A DNA stretch of 32,000 bases, taken from contig NZ_LGHJ01000016.1 in assembly GCF_001306055.1 (NCBI RefSeq), positions 210,001 through 242,000 on the forward strand, given 5' to 3'. The translations under genes were made by a program, and so were the position numbers. Below, in pieces: positions 7,399 through 15,830 of this stretch (its first letter is position 1; each line of letters opens with the position of its first letter). Under the pieces are notes generated by a model. It made no database searches. It worked only from the letters and a program-made list of their open reading frames with translations, and was not told where the DNA came from. Origin of the DNA: Bellilinea caldifistulae (lineage in GTDB: Bacteria; Chloroflexota; Anaerolineae; Anaerolineales; Anaerolineaceae).

Positions 7399-8430
7399 AT
7401 GGAAACAACTGCTGTTCAGCAGATTGTTGGAGTCCGGTTTTCAAAAGTCGGAAAGATTTATCACTTCCAGGCGACCAATCTGCCTCCCTTACGGGTGGGT
7501 GATTCGGTGGTGGTTGAAACGGCCCGCGGCTGGCAAATTGGGGAGGTTGCTCAAATTATTAAAGAACCGATGCAACCGCCCGATGGTGGCTGGAAAGCGG
7601 TTGAGCGAGTGGCTACCCCGCGGGATTTGTTGCTGCGTCAGTTGTGGCAGCTAAGGGAGCTGGATGTAGTTGAGGTATGTCGAAAACGGGCTGTCGAATT
7701 GCGGCTCCAAAACCTAAAGGTGGTTGCTGCCGAATATAGTTTCGATGGTTCGCGATTGACAATTTTATATTCGACGGAAGGGGAAGAACGAGTTGATTTG
7801 AAATCCCTGCGGCAGGATATGCAGCGTCAATACGCGCCCGCGGTGGTTGAGCTGCGTCAAATTGGTCCGCGGGATGTTGCCAAGTTGCTTGGCGGCATGG
7901 GTGCCTGTGGTCTTGAAACCCGCTGTTGTTCGCGCTTTTTAACCGAATTCAGTTCAATCTCCATTCGCATGGCGAAGGAACAAGGAATTTCGCTGACGCC
8001 GACCGAAATCACCGGAATGTGCGGACGTTTGCGCTGCTGCTTGATTTATGAGTATGATACCTACGTTGAGGCACGCAAAGGTCTGCCGAAGCGCAATAAA
8101 CGAATTGCCACTCCACTGGGCGAAGGGAAGGTCATTGACGTCTTGCCGCTGGTGGGAAAAGTGCGTGTGGACATACCGGAAGTTGGGGTAAGGGAGTTTA
8201 CCAGAGAGGAAATCCTGGCGTTCAGCGAACCACCCGTTGAAAGTGGCATTGCTGAGGTTATACCGGAAGAAAATGGGGAAGAGTTCTATTCAGAAGAAGA
8301 ATTGACCGGGAGGGATGAAATAAATCAGCCCGAATCCCCTTCAGTTCAACCGGATTTATCTTCTAACAGACCCAAGCGACGTTCGGGAGGGAGAGGTGGA
8401 CGAAGAAAACGTGGACCAAAAAAATCCTGA
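7399..8430 (+). CDS. PSP1 domain protein (YaaT/RicT-like)
   Basis: N-terminal VGVRFSKVGKIYHF. Cys motifs GACGLETRCCSRFL and MCGRLRCCLIYEYD resemble those of B. subtilis YaaT. Acidic then RGG/Lys-rich C-terminal tail. Confidence 0.85.
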   Translation: METTAVQQIVGVRFSKVGKIYHFQATNLPPLRVGDSVVVETARGWQIGEVAQIIKEPMQPPDGGWKAVERVATPRDLLLRQLWQLRELDVVEVCRKRAVELRLQNLKVVAAEYSFDGSRLTILYSTEGEERVDLKSLRQDMQRQYAPAVVELRQIGPRDVAKLLGGMGACGLETRCCSRFLTEFSSISIRMAKEQGISLTPTEITGMCGRLRCCLIYEYDTYVEARKGLPKRNKRIATPLGEGKVIDVLPLVGKVRVDIPEVGVREFTREEILAFSEPPVESGIAEVIPEENGEEFYSEEELTGRDEINQPESPSVQPDLSSNRPKRRSGGRGGRRKRGPKKS

Positions 8431-9136
8431 AAAATGGTCGAGTCCACAGAAAATTCTGGTAATTCTGGCTCATCCGGATGATCCAGAATTTTTTTGTGGC
8501 GCGACGGTCGCCCGTTGGACGCGCATGGGTCATACCGTTGAGTATTGTTTACTCACCCGCGGGGATAAAGGTGTGCGAGGCGAAATTGTGGAGCGAGAGA
8601 CCTTATCGCGTCTGCGCGAAGAGGAACAAAATCGAGCGGCGGAGATTTTGGGAGTAAGCCAGGTTCGGTTTCTAGATTTTGAAGATGGTTATCTTCAACC
8701 GGATCTGATAGCCCGTGGTAAAGTTGTGGCAGTGATCCGGGAGGTCAAGCCGGACGTGGTGGTGACCAGCGATCCGACCAATTTCTTTCACCGAGAAGAC
8801 CGCATCAACCATCCCGATCATCGAATCGCCGGACAGATTGTCTGCGAGGCGGTCTACCCGGCAAGCGGCAATCCGTTATACTACCCGGAATTGTTGGAAA
8901 AAGGATTGTCACCTCATGAAATCAAAGAATTGTGGTTGACACTTACGGCGCAACCGAATATGATGATAGATGTAACCGAAACATGGGAATTGAAAATCGC
9001 AGCTTTGAGGCAGCACCGCAGCCAAATTGGAGATATGGAAGAGATGGAGCGGATGCAGCGCCAGCGGCGAACTGCTGACAGCAGCGAAGACAAGCCTCGT
9101 TATGTGGATTTCTTTCGGAGAATCAAGTTTCGATGA
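8396..9136 (+). CDS. PIG-L/LmbE family deacetylase
   Basis: ILAHPDDPEF and INHPDHRIAG motifs. The start is GTG 8396, or in-frame GTG 8411; both overlap the upstream gene end. Confidence 0.85.
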   Translation: MDEENVDQKNPEKWSSPQKILVILAHPDDPEFFCGATVARWTRMGHTVEYCLLTRGDKGVRGEIVERETLSRLREEEQNRAAEILGVSQVRFLDFEDGYLQPDLIARGKVVAVIREVKPDVVVTSDPTNFFHREDRINHPDHRIAGQIVCEAVYPASGNPLYYPELLEKGLSPHEIKELWLTLTAQPNMMIDVTETWELKIAALRQHRSQIGDMEEMERMQRQRRTADSSEDKPRYVDFFRRIKFR

Positions 9137-10323
9137 ATAATATAATTCGATTTGTCGGAAAAGCAGAATCGTTATTTTCGTATAGCCAAAAATTGCGGCG
9201 AGATTTTCACCGATACCCTGAGCTGGGCTTTCGCGAATACCGCACTGCAGAAGTTGTTGCGCGGGAATTACGCTCGTTAGGGCTGGAAGTTACCACCGGG
9301 GTTGCGGAGACGGGCGTTACTGCCATCCTTGAAGGCAATCAACCCGGGCGGGTGGTAATGCTGCGGTTCGACATGGATGCGTTACCGATTGATGAGCAAA
9401 CCGGTGCTGAGTACGCCTCCCAACACCCTGGTGTGATGCATGCCTGTGGTCACGATGGCCACATGGCGATCGGCTTAACTGTGGCGCGCCTGTTGCAGGA
9501 AAATCGAGAGGCCATTCACGGAACGATCAAACTGGTCTTTCAGCCGGCAGAAGAAGGACTTGGCGGCGCGGAGCGAATGGTTGCCGAACAGGTATTGGAA
9601 AATCCCAAGGTGGATATTTGTTTGGGATTGCATTTATGGAATGAAAAACCCCTCGGTTGGGCAGCGGTCGTACCTGGGGCGTTTATGGCAGGTGCCGATT
9701 TTTTCACCGTGCGTATTTTAGGAAAAGGCGGACACGGCGGCCTGCCGGAAACAACAATCGACCCAATCGTGGCGGCGTCTCAGGTTGTTATGGCCTTGCA
9801 AACCATTGTTTCGCGCAATATTGCACCACTTGAATCGGCGGTTGTCAGTGTGACTCAGATGGCAGCCGGAAGTGCCTATAATGTGATCCCCAATCAAGCC
9901 GAATTGCGGGGTACAATTCGAAACTTTTTACCAGAAGTTCGGGATGTGGTTTTAGCCCGCTTGGAACAAATCGTTCGATCAATTGCCCTGGGGATGAACT
10001 GTGAAGCCGAAATTGAGTTACAACGACTGACATGGCCGGTCGTAAATCACCCTCGCGTGACGGAAATTGTTCAGGGAGTGCTCAAAACCCTTTTGCCGGA
10101 ATATCGAAATGAGAGTAATTACCGGAGTATGGTATCAGAGGATATGGCGGTTTTCCTCAATCAAGTTCCCGGTTGCTTTTTCTTCATTGGCAGCGGCAAC
10201 CCGGAAAAGGGGTTGAACGCCAGTCACCATCACCCAAAATTTGATTTCGATGAGCAGGTACTGCCGAAAGCAGCGGCGATTCTGGCTGGGGCGGCAGTCG
10301 AATTGGGAAAATCCCAGCTGTAA
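9133..10323 (+). CDS. M20D family amidohydrolase (N-acyl-amino-acid amidohydrolase-like)
   Basis: HACGHDGH, FQPAEEGLGGA and HHPKFDFDE motifs. ATGA overlap with the upstream stop. Confidence 0.88.
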   Translation: MNNIIRFVGKAESLFSYSQKLRRDFHRYPELGFREYRTAEVVARELRSLGLEVTTGVAETGVTAILEGNQPGRVVMLRFDMDALPIDEQTGAEYASQHPGVMHACGHDGHMAIGLTVARLLQENREAIHGTIKLVFQPAEEGLGGAERMVAEQVLENPKVDICLGLHLWNEKPLGWAAVVPGAFMAGADFFTVRILGKGGHGGLPETTIDPIVAASQVVMALQTIVSRNIAPLESAVVSVTQMAAGSAYNVIPNQAELRGTIRNFLPEVRDVVLARLEQIVRSIALGMNCEAEIELQRLTWPVVNHPRVTEIVQGVLKTLLPEYRNESNYRSMVSEDMAVFLNQVPGCFFFIGSGNPEKGLNASHHHPKFDFDEQVLPKAAAILAGAAVELGKSQL

Positions 10324-10333
10324 TGTTGGAACC

Positions 10334-11212
10334 ATGCCAATATTGAGGGACTTAAGCAGTTTTTCTACTTTTCCTAAGCGGGTGGTTTCTCTTGTGCCCT
10401 CCATGACGGAGAGCCTGTTTGATTTAGGAATGGGCGATTTTGTCGTGGGAGTAACGGATTACTGTGTGTTTCCACCCGAGGTTAAAAAATTACCCAGGGT
10501 TGGCGGGACAAAAAATATTCAGGTTGATCATGTTGCCCAATTGTCGCCCGAATTGATCATTGCCAATCAAGAGGAAAATTCCCGCGTAATTGTTGAAGAG
10601 CTTGCGGATCAGTTCGCTGTTTGGCTAACTTTTCCGAAAACCGTTCGTCAGATGCTGGATGATCTCTGGCAGCTGGTTTACCTTTTTCGACAGGAAAGAT
10701 CCTTCATTTCGCTGCGAACGCTGGAAACTGCCGTAGAGTATGCTGAAAATCGAGTCTTCGACCTTCAACCGCTTCGAGTGTTTGTGCCGATCTGGCAGGA
10801 CATTACCACCTCGCAAATTCGCTGGTGGATGACCTTCAATCAGGATACTTACTGTCATGATCTGATTCGACTGCTGGGGGGAACGAATGTGTTTGGAGAA
10901 CGCCTGCGCAAATATCCTCTGGCTGCCGATTTAGGAGAATCGGAAGAAACTACTGGCGAAGATAGGGACACTCGATATCCGCGTGTGATTGCCGAAGAAA
11001 TCATCCGAGCCGAACCTGAACTGATTCTCATCCCGGATGAACCATACCCTTTTCGGGAGGAGGACATCGAGGAATTACAGAAAATTCTGGCCTCAACACC
11101 GGCCGTAAAACAAAATAGAGTCTATCGGATTGAAGGAAGTTTGCTGACCTGGCATGGAACCCGATTGGGAAAAGCGCTGGCAGAATTGAGTCAGTACTTT
11201 AATTCTGACTGA
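10334..11212 (+). CDS. BtuF/TroA-like (Peripla_BP_2) binding protein without signal peptide
   Basis: VVSLVPSMTESLFDLGMGDFVVGVTDYC and PELIIANQEEN are typical of cobalamin/siderophore-type binding proteins. I set the start at ATG 10334, because ORF-track start 10241 overlaps the M20 gene by 83 nt. Confidence 0.75.
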   Translation: MPILRDLSSFSTFPKRVVSLVPSMTESLFDLGMGDFVVGVTDYCVFPPEVKKLPRVGGTKNIQVDHVAQLSPELIIANQEENSRVIVEELADQFAVWLTFPKTVRQMLDDLWQLVYLFRQERSFISLRTLETAVEYAENRVFDLQPLRVFVPIWQDITTSQIRWWMTFNQDTYCHDLIRLLGGTNVFGERLRKYPLAADLGESEETTGEDRDTRYPRVIAEEIIRAEPELILIPDEPYPFREEDIEELQKILASTPAVKQNRVYRIEGSLLTWHGTRLGKALAELSQYFNSD

Positions 11213-11253
11213 TGTATTCTTTTAATCCGTGTTTTTAATTACAAAAATCATTC

Positions 11254-11282
11254 TTGTTTAAGGGGTGGTGAAGTGATATACT
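11254..11282 (+). promoter_or_regulatory. Candidate sigma70 promoter of the regulator-korAB unit
   Basis: TTGTTT (11254-11259), 17-bp spacer, TATACT (11277-11282). Confidence 0.5.
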
Positions 11283-11299
11283 CTTATAAAATAAATCAT

Positions 11300-11311
11300 C
11301 TGATTAATCAG
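11300..11311. promoter_or_regulatory. Perfect 12-bp palindrome, candidate operator
   Basis: CTGATTAATCAG equals its own reverse complement. It lies about 18 nt downstream of the -10 and 20 nt upstream of the regulator start codon. Confidence 0.45.
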
Positions 11312-11330
11312 TTTTATTGAATAATTCCCC

Positions 11331-12023
11331 GTGCCAAACCGTTCGTTTCATCTTTCGGAATTTATGCGCTACCTGTCTTGTGGTAAGGTCAAGGTAGGCG
11401 AACGTATCCCATCACTTTCCCATTTGAGCCGTGAATTGGGTATCAGTATCGCCGCTTTGCGGGAACAATTAGAGGTTGCGCGTGTGATGGGACTGGTGGA
11501 GGTGCGTCCCAAAACCGGAATTCGTCTGCTCCCTTATCAATTTAAACCGGCGGTTGTGCAAAGTCTGTATTTTTCTCTCTCTCAAAATGCCGATACCTTC
11601 TTAAAATTTGCCGACTTGCGCACCCACGTTGAAACTTCTTATTGGTATGAGGCTGTTGGCTTACTGAGCAGCGAGGATCACCGGGAATTGAGGTTGCTGG
11701 TTCAGCGCGCAAAAGAGAAGTTGGCTTCCAATCCTCCCCAGATCCCTCATGAGGAACACCGATTACTTCATCTCACCATATTCAGAAGGCTGGATAATCC
11801 CTTTGTACAGGGAATCCTGGAAGCTTATTGGGAGGTTTACGAGGCGGTCGGGCTGGATGTATATACGGATTTTGCCTACCTGGAACGGGTTTGGCAGTAT
11901 CACGAAAAGATGGTTGAGGCGATTTGCAGGCAAAACTTCAATGAGGGTTATGACGCGCTGGTCGAACACATGGATTTGATTTACCAACGATCCAAAAGAC
12001 CGTCTTATCAGACTTTTGAGTAG
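11331..12023 (+). CDS. GntR family (FadR/FCD-type) transcriptional regulator
   Basis: wHTH IPSLSHLSRELGISIAALREQLEVARVMGLVEVRPKTGI plus a helical C-terminal FCD-like domain. The start is GTG 11331, or ATG 11364. Confidence 0.85.
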   Translation: MPNRSFHLSEFMRYLSCGKVKVGERIPSLSHLSRELGISIAALREQLEVARVMGLVEVRPKTGIRLLPYQFKPAVVQSLYFSLSQNADTFLKFADLRTHVETSYWYEAVGLLSSEDHRELRLLVQRAKEKLASNPPQIPHEEHRLLHLTIFRRLDNPFVQGILEAYWEVYEAVGLDVYTDFAYLERVWQYHEKMVEAICRQNFNEGYDALVEHMDLIYQRSKRPSYQTFE

Positions 12024-12065
12024 ATCGAAAGTTCAACCACTTTTACAAACCGAAAAGGAGTTCAT

Positions 12066-13913
12066 ATGTCTCAATTACAGCCTGCTTCAGTTAGAGATAA
12101 CGGTACGGTGGGCGAGCGAATTGTCAATGACTTTTGTATCACATTCAGCACGGTTAACGGCTCAGGTTCGGCTACAGCCAATACAATTCTATTGAAATCT
12201 CTCTTCCGAATGGGTATTCCGGTCAATGGCAAAAATATCTTCCCGTCCAACATTCAAGGGCTGCCGACATGGTATTCCATTCGACTGAGCAAGAAAGGCT
12301 ACCTTGCTCGGGTTGAAATGGATCATCTCGTTGTGGCAATGAATCCGGCTACACTGGCTACCGAGATGAAATTCCTTTTGCCCGGCGGGGTGCTTTTCTA
12401 TCCGGATGATTTCAAACTGGATCTGGAGCGGGATGATATTGTGCTTTATCCCATGCCGGTTAAACGACTGATCAAAGAGGCGGATGCCCCTCAAAACTTG
12501 CGCGATTACATGGCGAATATGGTGTATGTGGGGGTTGTGGCGCAAATGTTGGGTATTGATCTGGATGTCATCTATCAGGTGCTGGATGCTCATTTCAAGG
12601 GGAAGAAAAAGGCGGTCGATTCAAACTGGCAGGTGATTAAAGCGGCGGCGAATTGGGCAAAAGAAAATTTAGTCAAGCGAGACCCTTATTACGTTGAACC
12701 CATGCCGCCACTTGACGGATACATTATCACCGAGGGGAACATTGCTTCCGCTTTGGGGGCGTTATATGGCGGGGTTCAACTAACAGCCTGGTATCCCATA
12801 ACGCCGGCTTCCAGTCTGGCTGAAGCGGTCATGGAATACCTGCCTTCTCTCCGAACTGACCCGGATACCGGTAAGACCACCGCGGTTGTAATCCAGGCTG
12901 AAGATGAAATTGCCGCAATTGGTATGGCGGTGGGAGCTGGTTGGGCTGGTTTACGCGCCATGACTTCAACCTCTGGGCCGGGAATTTCGCTGATGGCGGA
13001 GTATTTGGGTCTGGCGTATTTTGCTGAGGTACCGGTTGTTGTTTGGGATGTACAACGGGTTGGACCTTCAACCGGTTTACCCACCCGCACTGCTCAGGGT
13101 GATTTGACCTTCGTAAACTTCATCAGTCATGGTGATACTGAATACATTATCCTGTTGCCGGGTAATGTTAAGGAATGCTTTGAATTTGGCTGGAAATCCT
13201 TTGATATTGCAGAGCGTCTGCAAACCCCCGTGTTGATCCTGACCGACCTTGACCTTGGAATGAATTACCATATCTCACCTCGTTTTGACTATCCGGATCA
13301 ACCGATTGATCGCGGGAAGGTGTTGTGGGAAGAGGATTTGCAGAAAATTCTGGAAAGGCTGGATGGTAAATGGGGACGTTATCTGGATGTGGATGGGGAT
13401 GGGATCCCTTACAGAACAGTGCCCGGTAATCGGCATCCTGCCAGTGCCTACTTTGCACGTGGAACTGGCCATGACGAGATGACCCGTTACAGTGAAGATC
13501 CGGATGTGTGGGAACGTGGTTTAAACCGCCTGAAAAGAAAAATTCAGAATAATCGTCACCTTTTGCCTGAACCGGTGATTGAGCGGATGGAGGGTGCAAA
13601 ATTTGCGATTGTTGGTTTTGGTTCAACCGATCCGGCAATTCAAGAGGCTCGTGACCTGCTGGCGGAGGCAGGTTTCCCGACGGATTATATGCGCATCCGT
13701 TCGCTACCTTTCCGGGATGAAGTATGCAGTTTCCTACACCAATACGACCGAACCTATGTAGTTGAATTAAACCGGGACGGTCAAATGAAACAGTTGTTGA
13801 CAATGAATTTTTCGGAGTGCGGTTCCAGATTAAGGCAGGTTTCTCATATTGACGGTATGCCGATCACCGCAAACTGGATTAAGGAACGTATCTTGTCAAT
13901 GGAGGGCAAATAA
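12066..13913 (+). CDS. korA: 2-oxoacid:ferredoxin oxidoreductase subunit alpha (fused gamma-alpha type)
   Basis: N-terminal gamma-like domain (GSGSATANTILLKSL...GKNIFPSNIQG), then an alpha domain (GALYGGVQLTAWYPITPASS, GPGISLM). AAAGGAG lies 7 nt upstream. Confidence 0.9.
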   Translation: MSQLQPASVRDNGTVGERIVNDFCITFSTVNGSGSATANTILLKSLFRMGIPVNGKNIFPSNIQGLPTWYSIRLSKKGYLARVEMDHLVVAMNPATLATEMKFLLPGGVLFYPDDFKLDLERDDIVLYPMPVKRLIKEADAPQNLRDYMANMVYVGVVAQMLGIDLDVIYQVLDAHFKGKKKAVDSNWQVIKAAANWAKENLVKRDPYYVEPMPPLDGYIITEGNIASALGALYGGVQLTAWYPITPASSLAEAVMEYLPSLRTDPDTGKTTAVVIQAEDEIAAIGMAVGAGWAGLRAMTSTSGPGISLMAEYLGLAYFAEVPVVVWDVQRVGPSTGLPTRTAQGDLTFVNFISHGDTEYIILLPGNVKECFEFGWKSFDIAERLQTPVLILTDLDLGMNYHISPRFDYPDQPIDRGKVLWEEDLQKILERLDGKWGRYLDVDGDGIPYRTVPGNRHPASAYFARGTGHDEMTRYSEDPDVWERGLNRLKRKIQNNRHLLPEPVIERMEGAKFAIVGFGSTDPAIQEARDLLAEAGFPTDYMRIRSLPFRDEVCSFLHQYDRTYVVELNRDGQMKQLLTMNFSECGSRLRQVSHIDGMPITANWIKERILSMEGK

Positions 13914-13916
13914 TCA

Positions 13917-14963
13917 ATGGCTACTCAGGCTGCTCCAAAAACGCCAGTTAATCTTGCCGGATTGAGCCGGGCAGATTACAAGGGCCACAACAGCACATTA
14001 TGTGCGGGCTGCGGACATAACTCCATCTCGAATCAAATTATTGCGGCTTTGTATGAGTTAAATGTTGTACCAGAGAATGTCGTCAAGTTTAGCGGGATTG
14101 GCTGCTCCAGTAAAAGCCCGACCTACTTCTTGAACCGTTCATTTGGTTTCAACGGCTTACACGGACGGATGCCATCGCTGGCATTAGGGGCATTGTTCGC
14201 CGATCATACCCTTAAGGGAATTGGAATTAGTGGTGATGGCGATACTGCCAGTATCGGCATGGGACAGTTCAAACATGTGATGCGCCGCAATCTTCCAATG
14301 GTATATGTTGTCGAAAACAATGGCGTTTATGGATTGACCAAAGGGCAGTTTTCGGCAACTGCTGAGGTTGGATTGGAATTAAAACGGCAAGGAGTGAATA
14401 AATACTTTCCGGTAGATATCTGCATGGAAGCATTGGTCAGTCGGGCTTCGTTCGTCGCCCGTTCTTTTGCTGGTGATCCAAAACAGGTCAAAGAAATCTT
14501 CAAGGCGGCTTTCAGTCACCGAGGAATCGCCGTGATAGATATCATTAGCCCATGTGTCACCTTCCATAACAAGGAAGATTCTTTCCATTCCTACACATGG
14601 GGGAAAGAACACGAGATGGCCCTTCATGATATTACCTACGTCCCCGCTCGCGATGAAATTACCATCGAAGATTTCGAAGAGGGCAGCACTCGGGAGGTAA
14701 CTCTCCATGATGGTGCAACCATCGTATTGAAAAAACTTGAGCGCGACTATGACCCGACCAATATCTTTGAGGCATTGCGAGTGTTGTATGAAGCAGAGCA
14801 AAACAACTGGCTGTTGACCGGTATTTTGTACGTCAACCCCGATGCTCCAACCATATTTGATATGTATAACTTGCCGGATACACCCCTCAACCGTTTACCG
14901 GCGGAGAAATTGCGCCCCAGTCGCGAGACCTTCGATCAAATTATGGAGCAGATGAAGTTTTAA
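13917..14963 (+). CDS. korB: 2-oxoacid:ferredoxin oxidoreductase subunit beta (TPP-binding)
   Basis: CAGCGH, GIGCSSK and the TPP motif GDGDTASIGMGQFKHVMRRNLPMVYVVENNGVYGLT. Starts 3 nt after korA. Confidence 0.9.
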   Translation: MATQAAPKTPVNLAGLSRADYKGHNSTLCAGCGHNSISNQIIAALYELNVVPENVVKFSGIGCSSKSPTYFLNRSFGFNGLHGRMPSLALGALFADHTLKGIGISGDGDTASIGMGQFKHVMRRNLPMVYVVENNGVYGLTKGQFSATAEVGLELKRQGVNKYFPVDICMEALVSRASFVARSFAGDPKQVKEIFKAAFSHRGIAVIDIISPCVTFHNKEDSFHSYTWGKEHEMALHDITYVPARDEITIEDFEEGSTREVTLHDGATIVLKKLERDYDPTNIFEALRVLYEAEQNNWLLTGILYVNPDAPTIFDMYNLPDTPLNRLPAEKLRPSRETFDQIMEQMKF

Positions 14964-14973
14964 AGTAGATCAA

Positions 14974-15822
14974 TCAACCCAATTCTACTGGGCGATTGGG
15001 GTCACGAATCCATTCGCTCCACGAGCCGGCATACAGTTTTGCGCCTTGTATGCCGGCGTATTCCATCGCTAAAAGATGGTGGCAGGATGTCACCCCTGAA
15101 CCGCAATATACGATGACCTGACTGGGAGGTGTATCTCCAAGAAGTTCTTCAAATTCTTTTCGTAACAGCTCGGCTGGTTTTAATTTTCCAGCGCGGGCCA
15201 GGTTCTTTTCGTGGAAGCGATTGATGCTTCCAGGAATATGACCTGCGACCGGGTCAAGAGGCTCAATTTCTCCGCGGTAGCGTTCGGGTGCACGGGCATC
15301 TACCACCTTAAAGTCGGAGTTTCCGATTAGTTCAACCATTTCTAAGGTAGAGACAAATTTACCGAATTGTGGATGGGGAATGAATTTGCCTCGAGGTTTG
15401 TTTTCAACACCCTGTGCAATTGAAAAGCCGGCAACTTTCCACGCATTCCATCCACCATTAAGAACTGCAACAGAGTCGTGTCCCATCCATTTCAGCATCC
15501 ACCATAAGCGTGCGGCGAAAGAACCCCCACTGGTGTCTAAGGCTACTACTTGAGAGTCATTGCTGATCCCTAAGCGTTCTAGAGTAATTGCAAAATCCGA
15601 TGGTGATGGGAGAGGGTGTCTCCCAGTTTGGGGGGTTGGTGGAGCAGAGAGATCATGATCCAGATGGGCATAGACCGAACCGGGAACATGACCACGTTGA
15701 TAATCTTCAAAGCCCCATTGGGGATTAGTCAGATCAAACCGGCAATCTACAATGACCCAATGAGGGTCATGGTAGTGGGGAAACAGCTCTTCCACTTCAA
15801 TCACGGTGGTATAGGGGGTCAT
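14974..15822 (-). CDS. sseA: Tandem-rhodanese sulfurtransferase (thiosulfate/3-mercaptopyruvate type)
   Basis: Two rhodanese domains with active-site loop CGSGVTSCH. I set the start at ATG 15822 (GAGGG upstream). ORF-track start 15840 would overlap pyk by 10 nt. Confidence 0.85.
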   Translation of the reverse strand: MTPYTTVIEVEELFPHYHDPHWVIVDCRFDLTNPQWGFEDYQRGHVPGSVYAHLDHDLSAPPTPQTGRHPLPSPSDFAITLERLGISNDSQVVALDTSGGSFAARLWWMLKWMGHDSVAVLNGGWNAWKVAGFSIAQGVENKPRGKFIPHPQFGKFVSTLEMVELIGNSDFKVVDARAPERYRGEIEPLDPVAGHIPGSINRFHEKNLARAGKLKPAELLRKEFEELLGDTPPSQVIVYCGSGVTSCHHLLAMEYAGIQGAKLYAGSWSEWIRDPNRPVELG

Positions 15823-15830
15823 TTTTACCC

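Noticed and set aside
13168-13803. 211-aa minus-strand ORF antisense to korA, together with the smaller ones at 12189..12593 and 12776..13090.
   Set aside because: All are contained within korA, have no family resemblance, and have Pro/Gly/His-rich low-complexity composition.
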